Below, piece by piece: positions 11,591 to 23,172 of a DNA stretch of 64,000 nucleotides. The stretch comes from Antedon mediterranea (taxonomy: Eukaryota > Animalia > Echinodermata). A program made the translations under genes and the position numbers. The stretch is from the NCBI RefSeq assembly GCF_964355755.1, contig NC_092670.1, positions 24,352,795 to 24,416,794 on the forward strand, written 5' to 3'. The notes under the pieces were generated by a model. That model was not told the origin of the DNA and made no database searches. It saw nothing but the letters and a program-made list of their open reading frames with translations. Positions within the stretch are counted from its first letter, which is position 1; each line of letters begins with the position of its first letter.

Positions 11591-13540
11591 GTTTGCAGGG
11601 TTTTAACTTTATAATTTTTAATTAGTTCCCTTTTGGCCTATGTATTACATTAAACCATTCCGCATCTATCAAATATTACTGATTTGGTTGTACAGAAAAA
11701 TAAATATAATATTGTCTCCCAGCCCATGGAAAAAATATATTTAAATTGTTTGAATAATTATTCTATTTTAATGCGACATACTACACAATTGTTATTCATG
11801 TTGACCAAAATTGAATCAAAAACAAAAATATTTACCTGAACAACCTGTAATTTAAAGCACAAAAATAGCCTTAAGTGTCTTTCAGATAATGATTTTTATT
11901 TAAATGTATATTTTGTCTATTTAAGTGAAATCACAATTTAATAAACTTGATTAAAACTACAAAATGGCCTACGCAAAGTCTGATTTTATTAATCTTCATT
12001 TTCCATGTTTTGGGGACAACACATCTTTAAATTTTAAAACAACATTATATTACTCAGAATGAATGAATAAATATTCATAACGGTTAATAGGCCTAACAAT
12101 CTCAATAAATGAAATTTATGAAACAACCGATATTTATTAATAAATTCCACTTTGTACTTTTGCCCATTTTCGACAAGATCCTACTACATAGTATTTAAAA
12201 ACAGATCTGAAACGCGAAATGTATTCATCTATTTCTCTATTTATTCTATTATTTTGTGGAAACCGCAATGGTATCGTTATTGGAATAAAATGAAGGAAAC
12301 TCACTAAGATAGGTAATAGTACACCGTTGGCTAAAAAAATATGAAAATGGATGAGGCAAACTTTCAATAAGAAAGAACTCACCTGAAACCTTCAGCAGGA
12401 CGAAGAAAATAGGTCGACCATGGACATATACATTTATAGGTCCTTGGGTCGATCACGAAATAGCCGGGAGATAACGTCAACCAAGATGACACGAAAAAGA
12501 CTAGATACAGCAGAGAGAACTGAAAGTAAAATCCGGATCAGAACATTCTGGAAACCGGTCTATACCCCAGGAGGGGAGATTATCATTAGTATAGATTTCT
12601 GTACACGTCATAGCAACGTCATAAATCGTCTCTGTCACATAATCACATATAGGCCTATTTCATGTTTGAATTGAATATTGTAAGTTCCCAGTCCCCCATT
12701 CATTGATCTTAGCTCATAGCCAATTTCAAACAATTTTACATTGATTACGGAGAAAACCTTGTATTACTCATTACTTGACCAGTCAACATATCAACGAATC
12801 TGTGATAACTAATCTCATCATACCATTTGATAAAAGTAGAGTAAATGCCAATACTTCGTTACATTATTATAGTAACTACAAAATAGGCTACCAAGCTTCA
12901 TTTATTCATTCAAGAACATTTAATCATTTCGATACATGGCAAATAACAATACATATGATTAAAACATTTTAAAAACTTACTAATATCGGGTATTTCAAGA
13001 AAAACAACATGCAAAATGCCATAAAATACATCAAAAATATTTCAGAAAAAAATTTCTTAAACCCGAATTATAAAATACAAATGTTATCAATAACTTTAAC
13101 TTTACAGTGTTACAAAAGATAAATACGGATTTAGAATTTTGAAGATCGTAATTTTATTCCATATCTGTAACCGTACAACTTACTGCGTTGATGTATTGAT
13201 TCAATAGATTTTATGTAATTCTTTACATCAAACGATAATAAATTGAAGAAAGTGCCTTAATAGTAAATAGTAAACGTTACGTTATTAATAAGAAAAATAA
13301 AGTTAACTAAAGTATAGATTTACCTATACAAAACATGATACATCAATTGTTTTCCTGAATAAACAATTTTTATTTGATTACATGTCATTATTTTGATAAA
13401 TATTAAATCTAACATTGGGATATTGAGAGGTAACTTCTTAGTTTCACTTACACATACAATTTTAACTTGCACGCAATTTACATGTAGACATACACACTGT
13501 GTAAATAAAATGTCTAGTCAATTTACATAACATATACATA

Positions 13541-14310
13541 TCAAATGTCAACTTTTGTCATCTTAATTTCTTGTTGAAAGTTTGGTTTGCGGGAATTGCA
13601 AGTAAACATATGTACGATAGTGTATAGATACGGATTAATGCACGAGTTGATAGGAATTATGAATGATGCCGCCCAAACATATATTTCATCTGGAATGTCC
13701 CACCTTTTCGTCTCTGAACAAATCCCCATCAGTATGACAGGGAACCAGCAACAGAAATCGGTGAAAACTATTATACCTAGTTTCCAAGCCCTTCTTGTTA
13801 GATCCTTTCGTCTTTTTATTTTGTTGAAAGTAGCTCCTGTTCTCTTAACAGAGACGAAAATTGCGACATAACTCGTTGCGATCACGATAAAACCTAATCC
13901 ATTGAATCCAATAAAAATGGCAATAGCATACTCCCAGCCTGGCCATCTACTTCTTGTTAGCGGTAGTGCAAGACAAACACTCTCTTTGCCATAGTAGTTT
14001 TCTCCAAAATACGATAAATTAATAAAGTCTAATCTGTTTACAAGTGGAAGAAAACTGAGAACAACCCAAACTAACCAACTAATACCGATAATAATTTTAC
14101 ATTTTGTACTGTTTAGCCGTTTTGTAGTGAAAGGGTTCACGATGTTAACTGCACGGTTAATGCTCAATATCATCAATGTAGTTATAGAACATTGACCGGA
14201 GAGAGTAGAAATAGCACCGGCAAAGCTACAAAGGAAACTGCTTTTCCAATCCCTTGCAACCTTCCCGTAGCGTCCTCTGTAGGATATATCTGTACTCGCT
14301 ATGATGATCA
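13541..14310 (-). CDS. 3' part of the 7TM exon of LGR copy A (end of TM2 to C-terminus)
   Basis: CSFAGAIS, SINRA (DRY-equivalent), VCLALP, FTDFCCWFP, PINSCINPYLY; highly similar to 38920-39690. Confidence 0.9.
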
Positions 14311-14990
14311 TGTTAGGAGATACATTTATACTATTATATTATTATTACTTTACCATAGTATTGTACTGTATATATTATATTGGTTGTAGACTAGACCAAA
14401 GTTCAGTAACCAGGTTGTTAGTAATTGTACCTATGAGATTGCTCATAACTCAAGTTGTCAGAGACACTTGTTTGATATTCCATATAAGGAAATTGTTACA
14501 ACAACTTCATACTAAGATGATGATGTCATTTGAATTTCATCTTAAAACCAATTTCATCATCTTTAAGTTATTTGATGAGATCATTATGATCACCCCACAT
14601 ATCCTGCATAAGAATACAAATAGTGGTACATTAACCATATTTAATCAGTCCTAATACGAATACTGACATAGCTAAACTAAATGCTGTTAAAGTCTATTGA
14701 AGTATCTAGAAGTCTGTTTGACTGTTTTGAACAACTGAAGTAAAGCTTTATATTAGCCTTGGGCTCAGCTATATTTGTAAGTCTTGAATTTCTTTATGTA
14801 TTTTGATTGTGTGTTACCACCATCTTATACTTTGATAATTATTTTATATTGTTAATTAATCTTTATCTTTATAATCATTTTAATTGATTTTGTTATCTTT
14901 TGCTTTTCTGTTTGAAGAATAAAACGTAGATTAGAGTATATAACTTATCCATTGTATTGCCTATCTTCTGTTTGTGCCTTGCATGTAACA
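14311..14990 (+). repeat. 5' LTR (680 bp)
   Basis: TGTTAGGAGA...GCATGTAACA; differs from the 3' LTR at one position seen by eye (CTTATAC vs CTTACAC). Confidence 0.95.
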
Positions 14991-14995
14991 GAAAG

Positions 14996-15012
14996 TGGGG
15001 GGTCATCCGGGA
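14996..15012 (+). promoter_or_regulatory. Primer-binding site, tRNA-Pro-like
   Basis: TGGGGGGTCATCCGGGA vs canonical tRNA-Pro PBS TGGGGGCTCGTCCGGGA (2 mismatches), 5 nt after the LTR. Confidence 0.75.
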
Positions 15013-15094
15013 AGAACTTTAAATTTAACTTTAACTTAAAAATCGATAGGTTTATAGTTTTATACCTAGTTAAATTTGTTTTATTTTCAAACAT

Positions 15095-16285
15095 TTGTTT
15101 GTGAAATTTGTAACTGTTACAATGGTCTTTGAACCAGAAACATTTTTTGCCGACCCTACCCAAGAGGTATTTAATAGTTTGAAAAAAGATGATTTGCTTA
15201 AACTAGCTACGCACCTAGGTCTAAAGGACGTTGAATCCTCTATGCGAAAGAATGATATTAAGAGTCGTTTATTAACTTATTTGGTTGAGGAAGACATTTT
15301 TGATAGTAGTGTTATGTCTTCCCAAGTTGATTCAAGCATTGATGCTAAATTAAGAGAAATTGAATTACAAAATATGAAAGAAATTGAAATTCGAAGAATG
15401 GAATTGGAATTTGAAAGAGAGGAAAGAGATTTTAAATTAAAATTACGCGAATTAGAGCTAGCTAGTGGAATTAGTCAACCTACTTCCAATCCAAAATTTG
15501 ATGTAACTAAACATATTAGACTAGTGCCACCTTTTCAGGAGAAGGAAGTAGATAAATTCTTTTTACATTTCGAGAAAATTGCCGAAAATCTTAAATGGCC
15601 TAAAGAACACTGGACCTTGCTTTTACAAAGTGTACTAACTGGTAAAGCTAGAGAAATTTATACTGATTTATCAATTGAGCAAAGTTCATCATATGATGTA
15701 GTTAAAGAACTCATCTTAAAGGGGTATGAATTAGTCCCAGAGGCCTATAGGCAACAATTCCGAAATAAACAACGGCAAACTAACCAAACACACCTTGAAT
15801 TAGCACAAACCAAAGAACGGTTATTTGATCGTTGGTGTGCATCTAAGCAAACAAATAAAGATTATGATAGGCTTAGACAACTAATTTTGATAGAAGAGTT
15901 TAAATCATGTATTACTCCTGATGTGAGGACTTATCTAGATGAGCAAAAAGCTGAGACCTTAAGTCAAGCTGCTCGACTGGCTGATGACTATGCCTTAACG
16001 CATAAACAAGCATTCATTCAAAAGCCCCAGTCACAGTCAGTCATGTCTTCTGGAAACAAAGTCCAGCCTAATGCTAGTTCTCAAAGTGATACTACTTCTA
16101 CTCCGCCTAAACTAACCTACACTCCTAACAAATCTGACCAACAATTTCCATCTCCAAGTACTACTTGCAATTATTGCAAAAAGCCAGGGCACATTATGTC
16201 CGAATGTTTTGCCTTAAAACGGAAGGAAGGAAAAAGTAAACCTTCTGGGTTGGTCTTGGTTAAGAAACAGAAAAATGAAATTTAA
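15095..16285 (+). CDS. gag: Gag polyprotein (SCAN-like capsid + CCHC zinc knuckle); likely ATG at 15122
   Basis: LVPPFQEKEVDKFFLHFEK..WP..W, YELVPEAYRQQFR, LRQLILIEEF, AARLADDY; CNYCKKPGHIMSEC. Confidence 0.92.
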   Translation: MFVKFVTVTMVFEPETFFADPTQEVFNSLKKDDLLKLATHLGLKDVESSMRKNDIKSRLLTYLVEEDIFDSSVMSSQVDSSIDAKLREIELQNMKEIEIRRMELEFEREERDFKLKLRELELASGISQPTSNPKFDVTKHIRLVPPFQEKEVDKFFLHFEKIAENLKWPKEHWTLLLQSVLTGKAREIYTDLSIEQSSSYDVVKELILKGYELVPEAYRQQFRNKQRQTNQTHLELAQTKERLFDRWCASKQTNKDYDRLRQLILIEEFKSCITPDVRTYLDEQKAETLSQAARLADDYALTHKQAFIQKPQSQSVMSSGNKVQPNASSQSDTTSTPPKLTYTPNKSDQQFPSPSTTCNYCKKPGHIMSECFALKRKEGKSKPSGLVLVKKQKNEI

Positions 16286-16290
16286 AAAAT

Positions 16291-18507
16291 TTGGTATCGG
16301 ACTCTGTTCTTGATGGGTACTCTCCTTTCATGTCCGATGGTTTTGTGTCCTTAATTGGAGATGATCTAAACCTCAAGCCAGTTAGGATCCTTAGGGATAC
16401 AGGTGCTTCTCAATCCTTGCTTTTAGAAGGTATTTTGCATTTATCTGATAGATCCTCTACTTGGGAAGATGTCTTGTTGCAAGGGATTGAATTAGGGTAT
16501 TTTAACGTACCATTGCACAATATTGTTATTAAGTCCGATTTTATAAACGGACCTGTAGTAGTTGGGGTTCTAAAGGAACTTCCATTTATGGGCGTCACCT
16601 TTGTTTTAGGGAATGATTTAGCTGGGGCTATGGTTAAAGTGGACGAAACCACCCCAGATCCTAGTATGTTCCCTGTGTGTGCTATTACGCATTCTATTAG
16701 CCAGCAAATTGATGAGGTTATTTTAGGGGATACATTCCTTGCCTCTGAGTTTAATTCTCCCTCTGACGATACTTTGTTTACTGGCATTATGCCTCGTGTA
16801 TCTTTGACTAAGGAGAAATTGATTGCTGAGCAGGTTGACGACTCTAATATTTATAAAAATGTCATATCAGAAGATAACTTGACTTCTGCTATATGCACTA
16901 TTTCTGAAGATAACTTGACTTCTGTTTTATGCGCAAATTCTGAAGATAACTTGACTTCTGTTCTAAGCGCTACTGAACTAATTTCTATCACCCCTGCCAC
17001 TAAGGTAGAGAGTGACTTAAACTTAAATGTCCAAAATAATAATGGTGGTAACTATGATCTTAATGCTGAGAGTTGTTTGAGACTTCAACATTCTGAGGTC
17101 CTTGCTAATTTGGATGCTAAGTTTGTTTATTTAACAGAGGATGCTGAAAGGACAGAACTAACCAAATTGGTGCTGGAACATAACCAGTTGTTTCCTGATG
17201 TACCTGGACAAATTGATGCCGTCTACCATGATGTAGATGTTGGAGACGCTAAACCGATTAAACAACATCCATATCGACTAAATCCTTTAAAGGCGAACTA
17301 TCTAAAACAAGAGATTGACTATATGCTACAAAATGATATTATTGAACCAAGTTCTAGTCAGTGGAGTTCACCATGTGTGCTGGTTCCAAAGCCTGATGGT
17401 TCTTACCGATTATGTACAGACTTTCGGAAGGTGAATGCAGTTACAAAGGCAGATTCATACCCATTGCCACGTATTGATGATTGTCTTGACAAATTAGGCA
17501 AAGCTCAATATGTAAGCAAATTTGATCTACTCAAAGGATATTGGCAAGTTCCTCTCACCGAACGTGCAAAAGAGATATCAGCCTTTGTCACCAATGACGG
17601 ACTCTACCAATACAAGCGAATGCCGTTTGGAATGCGAAATGCACCAGCCACATTTCAACGACTCCTGAATAGTGTGATTTCAGACATCGATGGCTGTGAA
17701 GGCTACATAGATGATGTTATTGTCTACAGTGATACTTGGCAAGATCATGTTCAAACAATTAAAACATTTTTCAAGAAACTTTCTGAGATGAAACTAACCG
17801 TTAATTTGGTGAAATGTGAATTCTCCCAAGGAACTGTGGATTTTCTTGGCTATAATGTTGGTCAAGGTCAAGTAAAACCCCTGCAAGCCAAAGCAGAAGT
17901 TATATCACAGTATCCTACTCCAACAACTAAAAAGGAGCTGATGCGCTTTCTTGGAATGGCCGGCTACTATCGACGGTTTTGCAAGAACTTTTCCTTGATT
18001 ACCCAACCGCTTACAGCTTTGTTAAAAAAGAATTCTAAATTTGTGTGGACTGAGGCCTGCAAGCATGCGTTTGATCGAATTAAGGCAATACTCAATTGTT
18101 CCCCGGTTCTTATCGCTCCTGATTTTGAAAATCAATTTCACTTATATGTAGATGCGAGTGATATTGGGGCAGGGGCAGTTTTAATGCAAACTGGTCCGGA
18201 TGGGGTAGATCATCCACTTTGCTATTTCTCTAAAAAATTTGACAAACATCAGTTAAATTATGCAACCATTGAAAAAGAATGTTTGGCATTAATATTGGCA
18301 TTAAATCATTTCAATGTGTATTTATGCGTTACTCGACACCCCATAATTGTACATACAGATAATAACCCATTGGTCTTCATTAATAGAATGAAGAATAAGA
18401 ACCAGCGAGTTCTCCGTTGGAGTCTTGTGCTGCAAGAATATGATCTAATCATTAAGCATATTCGGGGTAAAGAAAATATTCTTGCAGATGCTTTGTCAAG
18501 AATATAA
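16291..18507 (+). CDS. pol: Pol: aspartic protease, reverse transcriptase and RNase H, with no integrase
   Basis: ILRDTGAS protease motif; RLCTDFRKVN, FDLLKGYWQ, MPFGMRNAPATFQR, YIDD; YVDASD, EKECLA, TDNNPL, ADALSR*. No HHCC or DDE region. Confidence 0.92.
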   Translation: MVSDSVLDGYSPFMSDGFVSLIGDDLNLKPVRILRDTGASQSLLLEGILHLSDRSSTWEDVLLQGIELGYFNVPLHNIVIKSDFINGPVVVGVLKELPFMGVTFVLGNDLAGAMVKVDETTPDPSMFPVCAITHSISQQIDEVILGDTFLASEFNSPSDDTLFTGIMPRVSLTKEKLIAEQVDDSNIYKNVISEDNLTSAICTISEDNLTSVLCANSEDNLTSVLSATELISITPATKVESDLNLNVQNNNGGNYDLNAESCLRLQHSEVLANLDAKFVYLTEDAERTELTKLVLEHNQLFPDVPGQIDAVYHDVDVGDAKPIKQHPYRLNPLKANYLKQEIDYMLQNDIIEPSSSQWSSPCVLVPKPDGSYRLCTDFRKVNAVTKADSYPLPRIDDCLDKLGKAQYVSKFDLLKGYWQVPLTERAKEISAFVTNDGLYQYKRMPFGMRNAPATFQRLLNSVISDIDGCEGYIDDVIVYSDTWQDHVQTIKTFFKKLSEMKLTVNLVKCEFSQGTVDFLGYNVGQGQVKPLQAKAEVISQYPTPTTKKELMRFLGMAGYYRRFCKNFSLITQPLTALLKKNSKFVWTEACKHAFDRIKAILNCSPVLIAPDFENQFHLYVDASDIGAGAVLMQTGPDGVDHPLCYFSKKFDKHQLNYATIEKECLALILALNHFNVYLCVTRHPIIVHTDNNPLVFINRMKNKNQRVLRWSLVLQEYDLIIKHIRGKENILADALSRI
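16867..16974 (+). repeat. Three in-frame 36-bp tandem repeats (SEDNLTSxxxxx) at the expected integrase position
   Basis: TCAGAAGATAACTTGACTTCTG / TCTGAAGATAACTTGACTTCTG x2, period 36. Confidence 0.9.
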
Positions 18508-18566
18508 ATACAATGTTTACATATTACTGTAATGTATTAAAAAGTTTGTATCCAAACTTTTTCTTT

Positions 18567-18577
18567 AAGGAGGGGTG
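18567..18577 (+). promoter_or_regulatory. Polypurine tract
   Basis: AAGGAGGGGTG immediately before the 3' LTR. Confidence 0.75.
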
Positions 18578-19257
18578 TGTTAGGAGATACATTTATACTA
18601 TTATATTATTATTACTTTACCATAGTATTGTACTGTATATATTATATTGGTTGTAGACTAGACCAAAGTTCAGTAACCAGGTTGTTAGTAATTGTACCTA
18701 TGAGATTGCTCATAACTCAAGTTGTCAGAGACACTTGTTTGATATTCCATATAAGGAAATTGTTACAACAACTTCATACTAAGATGATGATGTCATTTGA
18801 ATTTCATCTTAAAACCAATTTCATCATCTTTAAGTTATTTGATGAGATCATTATGATCACCCCACATATCCTGCATAAGAATACAAATAGTGGTACATTA
18901 ACCATATTTAATCAGTCCTAATACGAATACTGACATAGCTAAACTAAATGCTGTTAAAGTCTATTGAAGTATCTAGAAGTCTGTTTGACTGTTTTGAACA
19001 ACTGAAGTAAAGCTTTATATTAGCCTTGGGCTCAGCTATATTTGTAAGTCTTGAATTTCTTTATGTATTTTGATTGTGTGTTACCACCATCTTACACTTT
19101 GATAATTATTTTATATTGTTAATTAATCTTTATCTTTATAATCATTTTAATTGATTTTGTTATCTTTTGCTTTTCTGTTTGAAGAATAAAACGTAGATTA
19201 GAGTATATAACTTATCCATTGTATTGCCTATCTTCTGTTTGTGCCTTGCATGTAACA
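18578..19257 (+). repeat. 3' LTR (680 bp)
   Basis: Direct repeat of 14311-14990. Confidence 0.95.
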
Positions 19258-19533
19258 ATCAGATAAACTGCCATCAGCAAGTCAGACACAGCCAGATGAG
19301 TAATAAGCATGGTTTGCACCTTATTAAAATCATTTTTATTGTTGTCCTTGTTATTAAACCTCCGTGATAAAATAACAATTCCATTACCAATGGCAGATGA
19401 AACACCAATAACCAACATCAATACTCTTAACCCTTCTCGTTTTAGTAAGTCTGCACAGGAAGAAAAAGCATCTGTTGGTTCGCAGACATCAATGTCACCC
19501 ACGAGACAACACAGCTTAAACAAATCTGAATAT
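19258..19533 (-). CDS. 5' part of the 7TM exon of LGR copy A (hinge, TM1-TM2)
   Basis: AG acceptor at 19534-19535; YSDLFKLCCL..CEPTDAFSSCADLL...GNGIVI...HLAVSDLLMAVYL. Confidence 0.9.
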
Positions 19534-19681
19534 CTAAGAGAATGAACAAACAAATAACCATAGTTGTAAAGAAATGTTATTTTGTACATCTGACCTGCCT
19601 CATATATTTTTCAGTTGCATAACAGTTGCATTTAACTACTTTTGTACGGATTGAAATCAGCGTAGAAGATGGCATCGAATA

Positions 19682-20235
19682 GCAAAAGGCTGGTTTCCAT
19701 AAAATTGCTACACCGTGTCGCCGACAGAGCGTAGCAATTTTATGAAACCAGACTTTAGTCAAACAAGGCCATATAGATGGCTGCAGTCGCGTGCTCATTA
19801 GTGTTTACCGACCGACCAACCTACCAACTGACCGAAATTACTGAACGTTTAAAAATGTTGAAATGTTTAAAAACATTTATATTTTTTAAATTTACACGTG
19901 CGTAGCCTGTCACTTTTGACGTGCTCGCATCACGTGATTTCGAGTTGAAAAGTAAGTCAAGAAAACATAAATCGGGCAAATAGAGTGCGCAATAAAATTT
20001 AACGCGCAGTGCGCGCGCAACAATCTGCGCACTCATTTGTAATCATATCTTCACAACCATGAATCACAATTAAATAAAATTTGGTACTCATAAATTTCAG
20101 GGCATAAATCATCATATGGCAATACAATTACATGCGTAGCGCATGTAACGCATGCGTACGCGCGCTTAAAATTTTCAAATTTTATTTTCGATGAAATAAG
20201 AGTACGTTTCACGCAATTTTGTAAACGCTTAATAC
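19682..20235. mobile_element. Helentron-associated (DINE/HINE-like) non-autonomous repeat fragments
   Basis: Long hairpin CTGGTTTCCATAAAATTGCTA..TAGCAATTTTATGAAACCAG and (ACCG)n tract. Segments shared in both orientations with 25113-25445 and the 59732-64000 array. Confidence 0.5.
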
Positions 20236-20959
20236 ATATGTATATTATACATATGTATTATAACCAGTTTATTAAAGTTCAATTTGGTCTTTTAATATAT
20301 TTGTATGGTTATAGGTATTGTATGGTGTTATTCAGTCGCCTTATAAAACAAATACTTTGCACTTAAAGGTCAAATGTCAATATTAACCAATCACACAATT
20401 TGCATTTAAAACCAAATAAAAACTAACATTTAAGAAAAAATGTTATGTTTTATCATTCTGTTAAGACATCTATCAATCATACACAATCAAAAGAGCACAT
20501 TTATCATTACACAAGTTGACATGGGTCAAAGGTCAACATTTGAACAAATGATATACTAAATAATGCAAAGTTATTCAAACTATGAGATCGATGTTCATAA
20601 ATGTAATCACGTTATTTGATCAGTGAAGTTATGGTATTTTTATATTTTTTCTAGTGCGCATTATTTTAAATGTATTAATATAATACTGTAAAATAAATAA
20701 TAAAATTAATATTATGACGATTAAAATATTATGATGTTAAAATGTTGCGCTGACCTTCAATGATTTGCCACTATACAGTTGCATTTATTAGGGCTACAAT
20801 ATTCGTCTTTGGAAAATAAACTACTATTCATCAGAACCAGAGAATACAAATTCGTACCGGATAGGGCATAGGCAGATCCAGGTGGCCAAACTCAATCCAC
20901 AACTCACTACACAGACAGACCACAATTTTTATATAGTTTGGCCCATACAGGAAAGAGTT

Positions 20960-22020
20960 TCCTGTATACAAAGGATTCTAAAATAACCCATGTGGATTTG
21001 CCCGAATGAACCCTCTAAGGACCCTTTTGGGATCTATATGTGGTGTGCTACATAAGGCCCTGTATTAGAAATTAGTATGGGGTAAATAGTTCATAGATGA
21101 ACTATGGAATAAAACTAAATGTGCACCTTCAATCTTTAAATAACATTTATGGCTTTGCTCAAATGAACCCAAGGGTGGGGCTACAAGAGACCCTATATTG
21201 GAAATAATGTATGTGGGGTGAAAATGTGGGTTCATAGAGATATAATAAATATCCCTGTGCACCCTCGATCATCCATAAGGAATATTTTATGGATTTGCCC
21301 AAATTAACCCAAGGGCCGGTCGTTCTCCATGGATGGACATTAAGCCCCATAATGGAAATATAAGGGGTGACACTGTGAGTTCATATAGACAGGCGTGGCC
21401 CATGAATTAAGCTGCCTGTGCACTCTCGATCCTTAAGAAAAATTTATGGATTTGCCTAAATTAACCAAAGGGCCGGTCCTCCATGGACATTAAGCCCCAT
21501 AATGGAAATATAATGGATGACACTGTGGGTTTATATAGACAGGCACAACCATGGAATAAAGCTGCCTGTGCACTCTCGATCCTTAAGGAACACTTATGGA
21601 TTTGCCCAAATTAACCCAAGGGCCGGTCATCCATGGACATTAAGCCTCATAATGGAAATTTAAGGGGTGACAATGTGGGTTTATATAGACAGGCACATGG
21701 AATAAAGCTGCCTGTGCACTCTCGATCCTTAAGGAACCGATTTGGATTTTGCCTAAAATGAAACAACAGCAGGTCATCTATTTAAACCCTTCTGTGGTTC
21801 TCTACTGTATGTTCAGTTCTACATTTGGCTCCTGTATCGGATCAATGCATTTGGCTACATAAGTTACTGTGTTAGAAATATATCGGGTAACTAAAACTGT
21901 AGGTTCCAATATTAAGCCATGGGAAAAGCCTGTCTGTGCACTCTCAATCCTTTTAAAAGGAGCCCATATGGATTTGCCAAAATGAACCAAGTGTAACTTC
22001 TGAATTCTCTATGAGCCGTA
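20960..22020. repeat. Diverged minisatellite, unit about 120-160 bp
   Basis: Recurrent GGATTTGCCCAAATTAACCCAAGGGCCGG...GTGCACTCTCGATCCTTAAG at about 21290, 21448, 21598, 21745, 21970. Confidence 0.8.
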
Positions 22021-23100
22021 CATTCCGTTTATTTGAGATTCGTGGATACCTGATTGAAATTGCTCAAATATTTCTGAAAGACATTGTACTGTATAGTAAT
22101 AGTATTATTCCCCTTCCACACCTCTTTGAATTAAATCCGCCCTGATAGGCTCTTAGGTACAGGATTTAAAGGCAATAATCACACTTGTATTTTTCAAACA
22201 GTATAATCTATTAGATTGAATAAAACTATCTATTATAAACAATTTGCCGTTAGAAATCTCTGTGCCATGTCGTTATTTAGATGAGAAAAACAGGTCAAAG
22301 GTTAACATTACAGAAAAATAGGTGTTTCAGTCACTTTTTGAAAAAAATGTTTCATTATGGCAAGTATAAACATATATATTGTGAACAATTTGACACCACA
22401 ATTGGCTCCTTACGACAAATATTTATTAATTTATGTTTTTATAACCTTATTCAATTATGTCAAAGGTTAATAACCACACTTCCGGTCATTTTCAAGCAAT
22501 ATCATCTGTTATACTGAATATAAAGGTATATCTTGGGAACAATTTGCTCCTATTTTTAATTCTCTCCGACCTGCCGTTACTTAGATATAGCAAAAAAGAG
22601 GTCAAAGGTCAAAATTGCTAACAATGGGGTTTCCGGTCAATTTTTCAAAGAAATTTCTGTTAGAGCTAATATAAACATATACATTGTGAACAATTTGACA
22701 CCAAAATTATCTCACTACGCCCAAAATTTCCAGAGATACAGCATGTTTTTATATTGGTCAATTTTGAAATTTGACCCCTTATATCTCGAAAACGCTTCCT
22801 ATCCTGATCGATTACCCTCCATATTCGTAATCTACGGAAAATTCTGGTCTAGAAAAGTTGGATAGCAATTTGTCCCCTTTCGGGTGGTGATGGTAAAAAT
22901 GAATTTGGAACTGTTTGGACTTCAAGAGTTTTTGGTTTTCAAAGAGTGCCGAATTGAGAGGGTTGACTATTCTTTAATTAAAGGTCATGAAATATGAATG
23001 CGTGTACAGTTTCAAAAACCATTATTAAATAGTAGGTGCTTGAACAGCAATAAACCAGTATTTGTAAGCATATGGGTATTAATGTCCTTTCAATACTTAC

Positions 23101-23172
23101 AGTTCTTTTAATTCCTTCAGTTGTTCAAAAGTTCTATCTCTGTATTTCTGTAAGTTGTTGTCCCTTAAGTCT
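23101..23172 (-). CDS. LRR exon, copy A (DLRDNNLQKYRDRTFEQLKELKEL)
   Basis: 72 bp, AG/GT, phase 2-2; paralog of 40425-40496. Confidence 0.85.

Larger units (their letters stand above)
14311..19257 (+). mobile_element. Gmr1-like Ty3/Gypsy LTR retrotransposon lacking integrase (4947 bp)
   Basis: TG..CA LTRs 14311-14990 and 18578-19257. TSD ATCA (14307-14310, 19258-19261), confirmed by the empty site TGATGATCAGATAAAC at about 39681. PBS, PPT, gag and PR-RT-RH present. Confidence 0.95.

Noticed and set aside
13587-13871. Plus-strand ORFs overlapping the 7TM exons (also 38966-39226, 19309-19545, 39571-39919)
   Set aside because: Antisense shadows of the real GPCR coding sequence.
14301-14654. 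97-117-aa ORF repeated in all three LTRs (also 18577-18921, 4743-5036)
   Set aside because: It recurs only because the LTRs are near-identical; AT-rich, no recognisable motif, non-ATG or host-derived starts.
16278-16287. AAATTTA / TTTAAAA as a canonical -1 slippery site
   Set aside because: The heptamers are not in the gag reading frame before the stop codon.
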